In this document: piece after piece, positions 6,763 through 15,431 of the stretch | Numbering within the stretch: the first letter of the stretch is position 1 | How the letters are laid out: each line of letters starts with the position of its first letter | Program-made: the position numbers and the translations under genes | Source: a virus | Virus record (IMG/VR): IMGVR_UViG_3300045391_005044 | Reading direction: 5' to 3' (one strand) | Length of the DNA stretch: 64,000 nt | The notes under the pieces: model-generated | Database searches by the model: none | Seen by the model: the letters and a program-made list of their open reading frames with translations, nothing else | What the model was told of the DNA's origin: nothing

Positions 6763-6989
6763 AAAAACTAATTTTACTGACGGCTGTTATAGCCTCTCTG
6801 TCGTCCTGCGAGACGAAAAATGTCGACATATCATCCACTGACACATCAATATCCGGAAGAGAGATCAAAATTTACACCTTCGATAGCTGTGAATACGTTG
6901 GCTTCGTTATCGGATCACAGTACGATTTCTGGGCTCACAAGGGTAACTGTAAATTCTGCAAGGAGAGAAATAAAACCCAGCAGCCATGA
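6759..6989 (+). CDS. small lipoprotein
   Basis: MKKLILLTAVIASLSSC has a signal peptide with lipobox LSSC. ATGA coupling at both ends. Confidence 0.5.
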   Translation: MKKLILLTAVIASLSSCETKNVDISSTDTSISGREIKIYTFDSCEYVGFVIGSQYDFWAHKGNCKFCKERNKTQQP

Positions 6990-7636
6990 ACAACATCCTT
7001 TTTTTAGACATCGAAACGGTAGCTGAAAAACCGAGCTACGACTATCTGGACGATCGCTGGAAGGCTCTATGGCAAAAGAAATCTGGTGTTGATTCAAATT
7101 TATGGTCAGCATCTTATAAAGCAAAAGCCGCTTTGTACCCTGAATTCGCAAAAATAGTTTGCGTATCTGTTGGCAAGTTGGTTCCTGACGGATCGTTCGT
7201 AACGGAGTCCTTTGCCTCGTACGATGAATTAGAAATACTCACCCTATTCCGCATGCTTCTGGAAGAAGAGAAGTTTCAAATCCTATGCGCTCACAACGGC
7301 AAAGCATTCGATTTTCCGTTCATTGCGAAGCGCCTGACAAAATATGGGCAGAAAGTTCCAAGAATATTGAGCCAGGCAGGTAAAAAGCCATGGGAGATCA
7401 CCAACATAGATACCATGGAAATGTGGAACATGGGCGTATTCGGATCAAAAACATCTCTGGATACCTTGTGTGCATTCTTCAACATCCCGAGTCCAAAAGA
7501 CGAGATTGATGGCGGAGATGTTCACGGTCTGTATTACGGCGATGACCCATTCAGTAACATTAAAATAGCCACCTACTGCGAGAAAGACGTGAAAGCACTT
7601 TACGAAGTTTACAAACGAATAAATTCAAAACTATGA
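6986..7636 (+). CDS. DnaQ/PolB-exonuclease-like 3'-5' exonuclease (RNase H fold)
   Basis: Exo motifs LFLDIETV (ExoI), CAHNGKAFDFPF (ExoII), YCEKDVKALYEVY (ExoIII). Confidence 0.65.
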   Translation: MNNILFLDIETVAEKPSYDYLDDRWKALWQKKSGVDSNLWSASYKAKAALYPEFAKIVCVSVGKLVPDGSFVTESFASYDELEILTLFRMLLEEEKFQILCAHNGKAFDFPFIAKRLTKYGQKVPRILSQAGKKPWEITNIDTMEMWNMGVFGSKTSLDTLCAFFNIPSPKDEIDGGDVHGLYYGDDPFSNIKIATYCEKDVKALYEVYKRINSKL

Positions 7637-8994
7637 TAAATCAATCTGAAGGTCTTAAATTCCTGAGACTTGCGCTCGAAAATTTCAAAAACATTGACCA
7701 GAAGGTCATCGAAATCGGTGGTCAATCCTTCTTTGTGATGGGCAAAAATGGCGCCGGCAAATCTTCCCTGATCCAGGCACTGATGTCCCCGATGGACACC
7801 AAAATAGTGCCTTCTGCCCCAATCAAAAAAGGGGAGGAGCGATCTACCATCTCCGTAACTATCGGAGGTACCGTGAAGGGCGAGCCCAAGCAGTATACCA
7901 TCGACATGTACTTCACGCCCAAGAATCAGTCCGGCAGGATCGTGGTCACCGACCAGAATGGTGAGAACGTGAAGAGCCCGGCCACCTTCCTGAAGTCACA
8001 GATCGGCAACGTATCGTTCGATGTGATGAGATGGATGCAGGACACGAAGGCAAAGAAGCTGGAGACCATAAAAAATCTAACCGGCTGCGGCATGCAGATC
8101 GATCTTATCAATAAGGAGATCAAGGAGACGTCAGAGAAGCGCAAAACGAAGAAGGATCGCGCTGAAGAGCTGGAGGCTATATTAAACAACCACCAGTACA
8201 CCCAGGAGCAGATCGACCGGTACTCCAACCCAAGGGATGTGGAAGCCATTCAGGCGGAACTGTCTGCTATTTCTGCCAACCAGAAAATCTACGATGATTT
8301 TAACATGAAAGTGGAAGGATTGAAAAATCAGATGACAATGATGTACAATCAGGCTTCAAATCACCAAAACGAGGCAGAAAGAAAAAAAGCAGAGATTGTC
8401 AGGCTGCAGGCTGAAGTTCAAGCACATGAGGACAAAATGACTGAAATTCAACAGGGAATAAACGAGTTAGACACCAAATTGTTCACTGGTCAAAACTGGC
8501 TCAATAGCAATCATCGCCCAGTAAGCGACGAGGTAGTATCTAAGCTAAACGAAGCTACTACCCACAATCTGCACTGCGCAAATATCTCCGGTCTTGCCGA
8601 GAAGCAGCGCGAGATGCTCAAATTTAAGGAGGAAGTGCTGCAGGCAGACAATGCCATCAAAAAGCTGGAGGACGACCGATCAACTCTGATCTCCAAGTCG
8701 CAGCTTCCAATCAAGGACCTCACCTTCACGGATGATGAGATTTTCTTAAATGGCATCCCGCTGGAGGAAGGGCAGGTAAATACCGCTAAATTGTTTGAGG
8801 TGGGCGTTGACGTGGCTATAGCCCTCAATCCGGGGCTGAAGACCATATTCCTTCACGATGGCTCGTTATTCGATAAGGACAACCTACGTGTGATCGTCGA
8901 TAAGATCGAATCCAGGGGCTACCAAGCGATCATTGAGGTCGTAGCGGAGAATGACGATGTAGAGGTTAAATTTACAGAGGAGGAATTAAAATAA
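7633..8994 (+). CDS. SMC/RecF/SbcC-like ATPase
   Basis: N-terminal Walker A GKNGAGKSS, long central coiled-coil (K/E/Q-rich), C-terminal Walker B-like TIFLHDGSLFD. Confidence 0.65.
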   Translation: MINQSEGLKFLRLALENFKNIDQKVIEIGGQSFFVMGKNGAGKSSLIQALMSPMDTKIVPSAPIKKGEERSTISVTIGGTVKGEPKQYTIDMYFTPKNQSGRIVVTDQNGENVKSPATFLKSQIGNVSFDVMRWMQDTKAKKLETIKNLTGCGMQIDLINKEIKETSEKRKTKKDRAEELEAILNNHQYTQEQIDRYSNPRDVEAIQAELSAISANQKIYDDFNMKVEGLKNQMTMMYNQASNHQNEAERKKAEIVRLQAEVQAHEDKMTEIQQGINELDTKLFTGQNWLNSNHRPVSDEVVSKLNEATTHNLHCANISGLAEKQREMLKFKEEVLQADNAIKKLEDDRSTLISKSQLPIKDLTFTDDEIFLNGIPLEEGQVNTAKLFEVGVDVAIALNPGLKTIFLHDGSLFDKDNLRVIVDKIESRGYQAIIEVVAENDDVEVKFTEEELK

Positions 8995-8998
8995 GGAA

Positions 8999-10021
8999 AT
9001 GTGGATTATACCAAATACTCACCCGCTGTACTCAGCCTTTGCCCAGGAATGCGTGGACTCGAAAGAGGCGTTGAAAGAGCATTTACCCGACTTGGTTGGA
9101 AGCAGCCAACAACCGCAGCTTATGTGGAAATCGAAGCCTTCATCATCTGGAACCTGGTTAAGCAGATGGAGCAGGGTGTACTGGATCCCGCACCTATTCA
9201 CTCGAACATTAAAACCTTCCCTTGGGAAATCCTTCGAGGAAAAATTGACTTCATATTTGGCGGATACCCCTGCCAGCCGTTTAGTGTCGCCGGTAAATTG
9301 GGAGGAACAGAAGACCCAAGGCATCTATGGCCTTACATCAAATCAGGAATCGAAACAATTAAACCTGTGGGATGCTTTTTTGAGAACGTCAGAAACCACC
9401 TTAACATCGGATACGAGCAAGTCAAAACAGAACTGGAAGAGCTTGGTTACCGAGTTGAGCAGGGAATCTATTCAGCGGAAGAAGTTGGCGCGCCTCACAA
9501 GAGAGACAGGTTGTTTATTCTCGCAATCTTGGCCGACACCTACACTAATGATTCAGGAAACGAGCTTGGAAATATTTCAAGCGAGAGCAAAGAGATTAAA
9601 AGAGAGGAACAACGGACGGAACGGAACCAAGCGCTCTGGCAACGGGGCAGGAATGAATCTAGGAGTTGCAGTAAACAAATGGAGCACTCCAGTTTCGCGG
9701 GATTACAGGAGTCCGGATATAGTAACGTCGGGGAATTTTCAGAGGAAGAAAGAAAAGGGCTGGACGATAGACCTAAACAGTCAGGTGATGAACTGGCCCA
9801 CTCCGGTTGCATCGGACGATGGCCGGAAAGTCACGAAAGCATCGAACCAAAATTCATTGATAAAGGCTACGTGTGGCCCTCTAAACCAGGACAAGAACAG
9901 TTCGGGTGGGAATATCCTCGTACTGAATCCCGCGTGGGTTTTACAGTTGATGGGTACAACTTTAGAGAAGACCTTTTGCGAATGGCAGGGAATGGAGTTG
10001 TTGAACAAACCGCAGAATTAG
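8999..10021 (+). other. fully overlapping +1-frame ORF (340 codons) in the C5-MTase gene; WPTP-repeat region; coding status unresolved
   Basis: ATG at 8999 interlocks with GTG at 9001 (ATGTGG). Stop-free for 1023 nt. nt 9530-9958 read SWPTPT..STPVSRDYRSPD..NWPTPVASDDG..LNPAWVLQLMG. Confidence 0.3.
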
Positions 10022-10065
10022 CATTTTTAGATTTATTGAAAAAACATTTATGGACATCCAATTAA
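9001..10065 (+). CDS. DNA (cytosine-5)-methyltransferase
   Basis: Motif I LSLCPGMRGLERG. Motif IV FGGYPCQPFSVAGK. Motif VI FFENVRN. Motif VIII GAPHKRDRLFILA. Motif X LLRMAGNGVVEQ. Needs the GTG start at 9001, because the first in-frame ATG would delete motif I. Confidence 0.85.
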   Translation: MDYTKYSPAVLSLCPGMRGLERGVERAFTRLGWKQPTTAAYVEIEAFIIWNLVKQMEQGVLDPAPIHSNIKTFPWEILRGKIDFIFGGYPCQPFSVAGKLGGTEDPRHLWPYIKSGIETIKPVGCFFENVRNHLNIGYEQVKTELEELGYRVEQGIYSAEEVGAPHKRDRLFILAILADTYTNDSGNELGNISSESKEIKREEQRTERNQALWQRGRNESRSCSKQMEHSSFAGLQESGYSNVGEFSEEERKGLDDRPKQSGDELAHSGCIGRWPESHESIEPKFIDKGYVWPSKPGQEQFGWEYPRTESRVGFTVDGYNFREDLLRMAGNGVVEQTAELAFLDLLKKHLWTSN

Positions 10066-11858
10066 TTGACGACAGGACCGTGAGGTTCCAAAAAAAGCTG
10101 TGGGCGGAGTCGGAGATCATCCTTGCCAAGTGCTTTGGCTTTGAGATAGACATTGACAGCGGGCGCATGCATGCCAACCTGGCCATGACCTCCAAAAAGT
10201 CTCTCTTCGAATTTATCCGCATAGCCTTCAAAAATTTCAGCGAGTCTCCCACAGAGACGGAGCGCCGGAACATGTTCTTTGGAGAAGTGCAGGGATGTTA
10301 CGATCAGATCGATTATCAGGCCGATCTCCAGATAAAGCCTCGTCTTCCGTATTACGACAGTTTTTACGATCACCAGAAGCAGGGATTGCGGGAAGTGTTT
10401 TACAAAAAACACAACTTTTTGGCCTACGAAATGGGTCTTGGAAAATCGTTGACAAGTGCTTCCATATCCAGAGTATTCCAAATACCACGAACAGTAATCG
10501 TGTGCCCGGCCGCCGTAAAGTGGAACTGGTATCGGGACCTGGTAAAGTTTGGGTATAACGAGCTTTACTTTACTATCCTTGACTCATCGAAGTACAAGAC
10601 CGTTCGTGCCTTCAACGAGCGCTTTGTGATCATCAACTACGACATGTTGCCGAACTTTGAAAAGGAGCTCTGTAAACTTCCGGTAGGCCACTTCATCTTG
10701 GATGAGGCTCACTATCTGAAGAACCACAATTCGGCCCGCTACAAGAACCTGAAGAAGGTAATCGACCAGCACACCGACCCGAGGATTACCTTTCTCTCTG
10801 GCACGCCAATCACCAACCGGGTGAATGACGTATTCGCCTACCTGAAACTCATCGGCCACGAGCTGGGGCAGTCCCATAAAAAGTTTCTTGACGAATACAC
10901 CATAAAGACCACCAACAGAGGAGGGGAGCGCGTAACTGGCGGAAGGAATCTGCAGGACCTGCACATAAAGCTCTCCAACTTCATGATCCGCAAGACCAAG
11001 GAGGAATGCCTGGATCTGCCTGGAAAGATCTTCATGTCCTACCGGTTTGAGATGGATGACTACCGCGATGAGTACAACAAGATCATCGAGGAGATGTCAA
11101 AAAACAAGGACATATCCTCCCTGACGGGCAACATACACTCTTTAAACATCATAACCTCCAAAGCCAAGATACATGGCATAAAGGAGCTTGCAGAGACGAT
11201 TCTGGAGACTGGAAAGAAAGTTGTCATCTTTGGTAGCTACAAGGAGCCTCTGAACGAGCTGGAGGCCTATTTTGGTAAGAAGTGCGTAAAGATCGATGGA
11301 TCTGTAGATTCCTGGATGCGCGATCAGCTGGTGCAGCGCTTCCATAACGATCCGGAGGTTACCGTGTTCCTTGGGAACATGAAAGCCGCAGGCGTAGGTA
11401 TAAACCTCACCAATGCATCGGATGTCATATACCTGAACTTCCCTCTGAGCCCTGCAGACCTGTACCAAAGCATGGACCGCCTTGACAGGATCGGGCAGGT
11501 ATCGTGTGTGAATGTACACTACACCTTCTGCGAGGACAGCATCGATGACGATATCTATGATCTGATCGTGGACAAGGAGAAGGACATTGTAGCGCTGATC
11601 GACCAGGGCAGGGAGGTTATGTTCCGGGAGAATATTGTGGAGACGCTGATGAAAAAGATTTTCAACAGGGGAAGTGAGGAGCAAATAATTGGTGAAATCG
11701 TTACACCGGAGTGGGAAAATGTTCCCGAAACGGTGAAGGCTACTATCTCTGTAGAGCCTTCTGTTGTTCCGAAAGAAGAGAACATTTTTGCCCAAAAGCT
11801 TCGGGAATCTGAATCTAAAGGCACATCAATTCAATCCCTAACCCCACCAGATCTGTAA
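10050..11858 (+). CDS. SNF2-family helicase / DNA-dependent ATPase
   Basis: LAYEMGLGKSLTS (motif I), ILDEAHYLKN (II), LSGTPITNR (III), and a C-terminal helicase domain with KAAGVGINLT and QSMDRLDRIGQ (VI). Confidence 0.85.
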   Translation: MDIQLIDDRTVRFQKKLWAESEIILAKCFGFEIDIDSGRMHANLAMTSKKSLFEFIRIAFKNFSESPTETERRNMFFGEVQGCYDQIDYQADLQIKPRLPYYDSFYDHQKQGLREVFYKKHNFLAYEMGLGKSLTSASISRVFQIPRTVIVCPAAVKWNWYRDLVKFGYNELYFTILDSSKYKTVRAFNERFVIINYDMLPNFEKELCKLPVGHFILDEAHYLKNHNSARYKNLKKVIDQHTDPRITFLSGTPITNRVNDVFAYLKLIGHELGQSHKKFLDEYTIKTTNRGGERVTGGRNLQDLHIKLSNFMIRKTKEECLDLPGKIFMSYRFEMDDYRDEYNKIIEEMSKNKDISSLTGNIHSLNIITSKAKIHGIKELAETILETGKKVVIFGSYKEPLNELEAYFGKKCVKIDGSVDSWMRDQLVQRFHNDPEVTVFLGNMKAAGVGINLTNASDVIYLNFPLSPADLYQSMDRLDRIGQVSCVNVHYTFCEDSIDDDIYDLIVDKEKDIVALIDQGREVMFRENIVETLMKKIFNRGSEEQIIGEIVTPEWENVPETVKATISVEPSVVPKEENIFAQKLRESESKGTSIQSLTPPDL

Positions 11859-11861
11859 CAT

Positions 11862-12245
11862 ATGGCCAAAAAATCATTGCTCAGTGAATCACCCTGGACG
11901 ATGAGCAGGAAGCAGTTTAGTGAGTTCATACCGGTAACCGAGCTTAACAGAAAGAACGCCATTGTGCAGGGCAGGATCATATACGTGATAAGTGAGATGG
12001 GTAAAGTGATCACATACCGGGGATTCAAGGTCATAGATCCTTGTTTTGACAAGGGAAGGTGGAGGATCGATCATCTTCCTTTTGCAAAGAATGTGCCAGG
12101 AAAAGCGTTCGAAACGTACATTTTTACTGGAGTGGATCGCAATGACTGGGCAAAAGACTGGAAGGCTATAATCGATAAAGGCATCAAAGAGAAGGAACTT
12201 TTTATAAAGCCTTCTGATCCAATAATTCAATACTTTAAAATTTAA
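11862..12245 (+). CDS. hypothetical protein
   Basis: 127-aa ORF, tightly packed after the SNF2 gene. Confidence 0.55.
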   Translation: MAKKSLLSESPWTMSRKQFSEFIPVTELNRKNAIVQGRIIYVISEMGKVITYRGFKVIDPCFDKGRWRIDHLPFAKNVPGKAFETYIFTGVDRNDWAKDWKAIIDKGIKEKELFIKPSDPIIQYFKI

Positions 12246-12250
12246 CAACC

Positions 12251-13078
12251 ATGACACTACAACAACTGATCGAGGAGATCAAAGCAGGGAAATTAACAGT
12301 CTCTTTTGAAATTGAGGGAATTATTGCGCACGAACTATCACTAGAAGAATGGGAATATATTCCAGGGAATAATAGGCTTGAAAAAGCCGCTCACCTCCTA
12401 TCGGAGCACGGGCCAAGAATTGATTGGGAAAAAGACAATTATTTTTTTTCCATAAAAACCCAAAAGCCAATCACATCCGACGACATTGAACCGGAGAATT
12501 ACAAAACAAATCTTAGCGATTTGAATAAAAAAGAAATAACCATACCAGCCGGAACCGTGAAGAAGGGAGATGTTGTGTCTATTTCCACGATACACAATAA
12601 AGCCCCAAATCCTTTGACGGCGGAGGAATCAAACGCTTACAAATATTTACAGGATAATTCTGAAAGAGGATTTTGGATCAAAGAACAATTGAAAGAGTTT
12701 GCCATTGGGTATGCGGTCAGAAAACACGAAGAACTATCATCCCAGCAGAACGCGGAGTTGAAGAAAGATAATGAATCGTTCCAGAAATTTAAAGAAAGAT
12801 GCAATGGCCTCGATCCTATAAAGGTAATCGAAGTCGCAGCGAAACATAGTTCTTTTGAACTAATACTGGAACACGTCATGCGCTCCATCGAGATCGAATC
12901 CCTTCGGAAGAAGTCAGCCGAAATGATGCGCATACTGGAACTATGGGAGGTTGCCACAAGAGGCGTTAATATTCCGGATGAGATGAATGATATTGAATTC
13001 TTTGCCGCAGACAAAGCAACGGATCAATTTTTCAAATCACTCACCGGCGACAAAGAGAAGGGAGTGAACAATGAGTAA
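12251..13078 (+). CDS. hypothetical protein
   Basis: 275-aa ORF. No motif recognised. Confidence 0.55.
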   Translation: MTLQQLIEEIKAGKLTVSFEIEGIIAHELSLEEWEYIPGNNRLEKAAHLLSEHGPRIDWEKDNYFFSIKTQKPITSDDIEPENYKTNLSDLNKKEITIPAGTVKKGDVVSISTIHNKAPNPLTAEESNAYKYLQDNSERGFWIKEQLKEFAIGYAVRKHEELSSQQNAELKKDNESFQKFKERCNGLDPIKVIEVAAKHSSFELILEHVMRSIEIESLRKKSAEMMRILELWEVATRGVNIPDEMNDIEFFAADKATDQFFKSLTGDKEKGVNNE

Positions 13079-13232
13079 GGTTATTCACTTGTATCGAAAC
13101 AAACACCTTGTCCATTGTGGAAGAAAAAACAAATTCAAAACAGGCAAATCGACTGACATAAAAAACGTGACATGCAAGACTTGCCTAAAGGTTACGAAAT
13201 CACCAATGTTTAAAATAGAATACTCAATATGA
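13071..13232 (+). CDS. small (53 aa) basic zinc-ribbon-like protein, not in ORF track
   Basis: ATG at 13071 overlaps the upstream stop by 8 nt. Its TGA overlaps the next ATG (ATGA at 13229-13232). HCG...CKTC pattern. It fills an otherwise empty 150-nt gap. Confidence 0.4.
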   Translation: MSKVIHLYRNKHLVHCGRKNKFKTGKSTDIKNVTCKTCLKVTKSPMFKIEYSI

Positions 13233-13747
13233 CCCTACATCCACCCATTCAAATCCGCCTCGCCGACAACCAACTGATGGTTTCGGTTTATACGAAAGAG
13301 AAGCCAGATCCTGATAAATATTCTGATCCAATGGATTTAGCTGATGATTTTATTGAATGGGAAAATTCCAAAATAGAGCTGCCTATTAGTGAGGGGAGTA
13401 AAGAGGCTTTCGAAGATGCAATATTCCCGATAGGTAGGCGCATAATGGAGAAAGAGGATATTACCTGGAGCCAATGTAAAGAGAGAGGATTTGACATCTC
13501 CGAGCTGGCAGATAGGATTTCATGGATCTACGAGTGCGACATGAAAGATCATTGTGATCCTAAAAATTGGCAATTGTGTTCAGAATGCACAATGGAAAGG
13601 AAGGTTGTCACCTTCCTACCAGAGAAGGAAGAGGGGCAGGATGAGTTGTGGAAACAGTTAATTCAGATGGCAAACGACACTGAATGGACAGAAGAACAAA
13701 GGGTTGAGCAATTAAATAAAGTATTCACAATTAACAAAAAGAAGTAA
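13229..13747 (+). CDS. hypothetical protein, paralog of 1771..2346
   Basis: Shares protein blocks and near-identical DNA blocks (cgcctcgccgacaac..caactgatggtt, tccaaaatagagctgcc, gaagaggggcaggat) with 1771..2346. Confidence 0.6.
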   Translation: MTLHPPIQIRLADNQLMVSVYTKEKPDPDKYSDPMDLADDFIEWENSKIELPISEGSKEAFEDAIFPIGRRIMEKEDITWSQCKERGFDISELADRISWIYECDMKDHCDPKNWQLCSECTMERKVVTFLPEKEEGQDELWKQLIQMANDTEWTEEQRVEQLNKVFTINKKK

Positions 13748-13748
13748 G

Positions 13749-14078
13749 ATGGAAATAAGAATACAAATCGATTGCGAGACAATACAGGAGTTTGAGGCAC
13801 ATTTGCATATGTTGCAGGTTCAGATTCAAGATAAGGCAAAGCAATTAAATCTTGACCCCTTAAAAGATGAATTCGATAGCGATGTCGAAAAAGATCTTTA
13901 TGATGATAATTGCTATGGAACGCATTACGTCACTATACAAAACGATGGCGACACGGAAGAAGCTCAAAGACATTTTTTGAATTTCATTGATAGCGAAGAG
14001 CATGGAGAAAATCCAGATGCAGAATTCTTATGGGACTTTTGCTTTTTAAAACGTGAAATTTTACCACCTAAATATTAA
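13749..14078 (+). CDS. hypothetical acidic protein
   Basis: 109-aa D/E-rich ORF, 1 nt after the upstream stop. Confidence 0.5.
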   Translation: MEIRIQIDCETIQEFEAHLHMLQVQIQDKAKQLNLDPLKDEFDSDVEKDLYDDNCYGTHYVTIQNDGDTEEAQRHFLNFIDSEEHGENPDAEFLWDFCFLKREILPPKY

Positions 14079-14081
14079 CCC

Positions 14082-14684
14082 ATGACTAACAACAAAACAC
14101 CGCTGGAAGAAGCGGCAGAGAAACAACTTAAAGAAAGTTTTTCAGGAATAGTTTATCCTTTCATTGGAAGCTCTATGCTTACAAACACAGATGAGCCAGA
14201 AGCTATTGAAAAGAACACGCAAATCTGCTTAGATTTAGCAGTTAAATTCGCAACTTCGGAACCCGTTCGCCAATACTGGCAACAACAGAACCGGGTGGAT
14301 GTGGATAAAGCCGTTGAATCCATCATATATTCTTTGGATAATCGAAATGGTTTTGAGTTCAACAATGTGGATGAAGACATTTTGACTGAAATAAAACAGG
14401 AAATGTCAAGCATCATAAATTCACACCTGCAACAACGACAGGGGGATGGGTGGATAAGCACAAATGATGGTTATCCTGTTTTGCCGCCCGGTCACAAGCT
14501 AAAACCATATTACGTAAACGTATCAATTGATAAACAGGACGACGTGATACTTTTGGCTGAATGGTCAACTATTGAAAATGCTTTTGTATACTTCGGAACA
14601 AAAATAACAAAGAGTGTTACACATTACATGGAGCCCGTATTTCCCCAACCACCAAAGCAGAAGGAGGGGGAAGGTGAGAAATGA
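14082..14684 (+). CDS. hypothetical protein
   Basis: 200-aa ORF in a tightly packed stretch. Confidence 0.55.
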   Translation: MTNNKTPLEEAAEKQLKESFSGIVYPFIGSSMLTNTDEPEAIEKNTQICLDLAVKFATSEPVRQYWQQQNRVDVDKAVESIIYSLDNRNGFEFNNVDEDILTEIKQEMSSIINSHLQQRQGDGWISTNDGYPVLPPGHKLKPYYVNVSIDKQDDVILLAEWSTIENAFVYFGTKITKSVTHYMEPVFPQPPKQKEGEGEK

Positions 14685-14901
14685 AGATATACAATGGGGC
14701 AATGTTTATTGGTACCAGGTATCAATGTTTGTAAAAGGAGAAGACGAATCAAGGCAAGCAAAAGACGTTCGTTTGCCAGCAAGAGCGGTAGGAACAGATA
14801 ATTATACGGACTCAACCACAATCCAATACTTAAATCCTTCGTCGGCTCAAATAGAATATCTGATAGTAAAGAACAGTAGATTGTTTGATAGTCCATTATG
14901 A
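14674..14901 (+). CDS. hypothetical small protein (start uncertain: GTG 14674 or ATG 14725)
   Basis: The only open frame filling the 14685-14897 gap. Its stop overlaps the next ATG (ATGA at 14898-14901). Confidence 0.3.
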   Translation: MRNEDIQWGNVYWYQVSMFVKGEDESRQAKDVRLPARAVGTDNYTDSTTIQYLNPSSAQIEYLIVKNSRLFDSPL

Positions 14902-15053
14902 AACCAACTAACCCCAAACCCCTCCGCGTCCGCTGCACCGATTGCAAACAGCAATTCGTTCTACCCTCTCCCGAATGTAACGGCATAGGACAGCCTTACA
15001 GGTGTAGTGAGTGCGGGAAGAGATTGATAATTAATAAAAACCAAAAACAGTAA
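14898..15053 (+). CDS. small (51 aa) zinc-ribbon protein, not in ORF track
   Basis: MKPTNPKPLRVRCTDCKQQF...YRCSECGKRL has two CxxC pairs. ATGA overlap upstream, and the next ATG follows 3 nt after its stop. Confidence 0.45.
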   Translation: MKPTNPKPLRVRCTDCKQQFVLPSPECNGIGQPYRCSECGKRLIINKNQKQ

Positions 15054-15056
15054 ATT

Positions 15057-15392
15057 ATGATTCCTGAATACATGATAGACTTTGCAAAGCAATTGGAGAT
15101 TTACATTAACTCTGATTACTACAAAGATCAAATTTCAATTGGCGCATTCTCAACCCGGTTTAGAAAATTCTTTTTAGAAAATGAAAGAGCAAAAGACCTG
15201 CTGTTTATGATTGATGTTCTTAACGGCGAAACGGAAGAGAAAAATAAATGCCTGGATCTGCTCGAAAGTATATCAAATGGTTTTCAGTGGCGTATAGATA
15301 ATGAGCCTGAAACAATTGATAAAGGCGACTTTGATATGATGCTTGAAGTAAATGATTGCTTGCGTGAAAACGGACGGCTAAAAGAAGAATAA
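15057..15392 (+). CDS. hypothetical protein
   Basis: 111-aa ORF. Confidence 0.5.
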   Translation: MIPEYMIDFAKQLEIYINSDYYKDQISIGAFSTRFRKFFLENERAKDLLFMIDVLNGETEEKNKCLDLLESISNGFQWRIDNEPETIDKGDFDMMLEVNDCLRENGRLKEE

Positions 15393-15431
15393 TAAACACA
15401 AAACCCCTCCCGAGGGTATCGGGGAGAGAAT

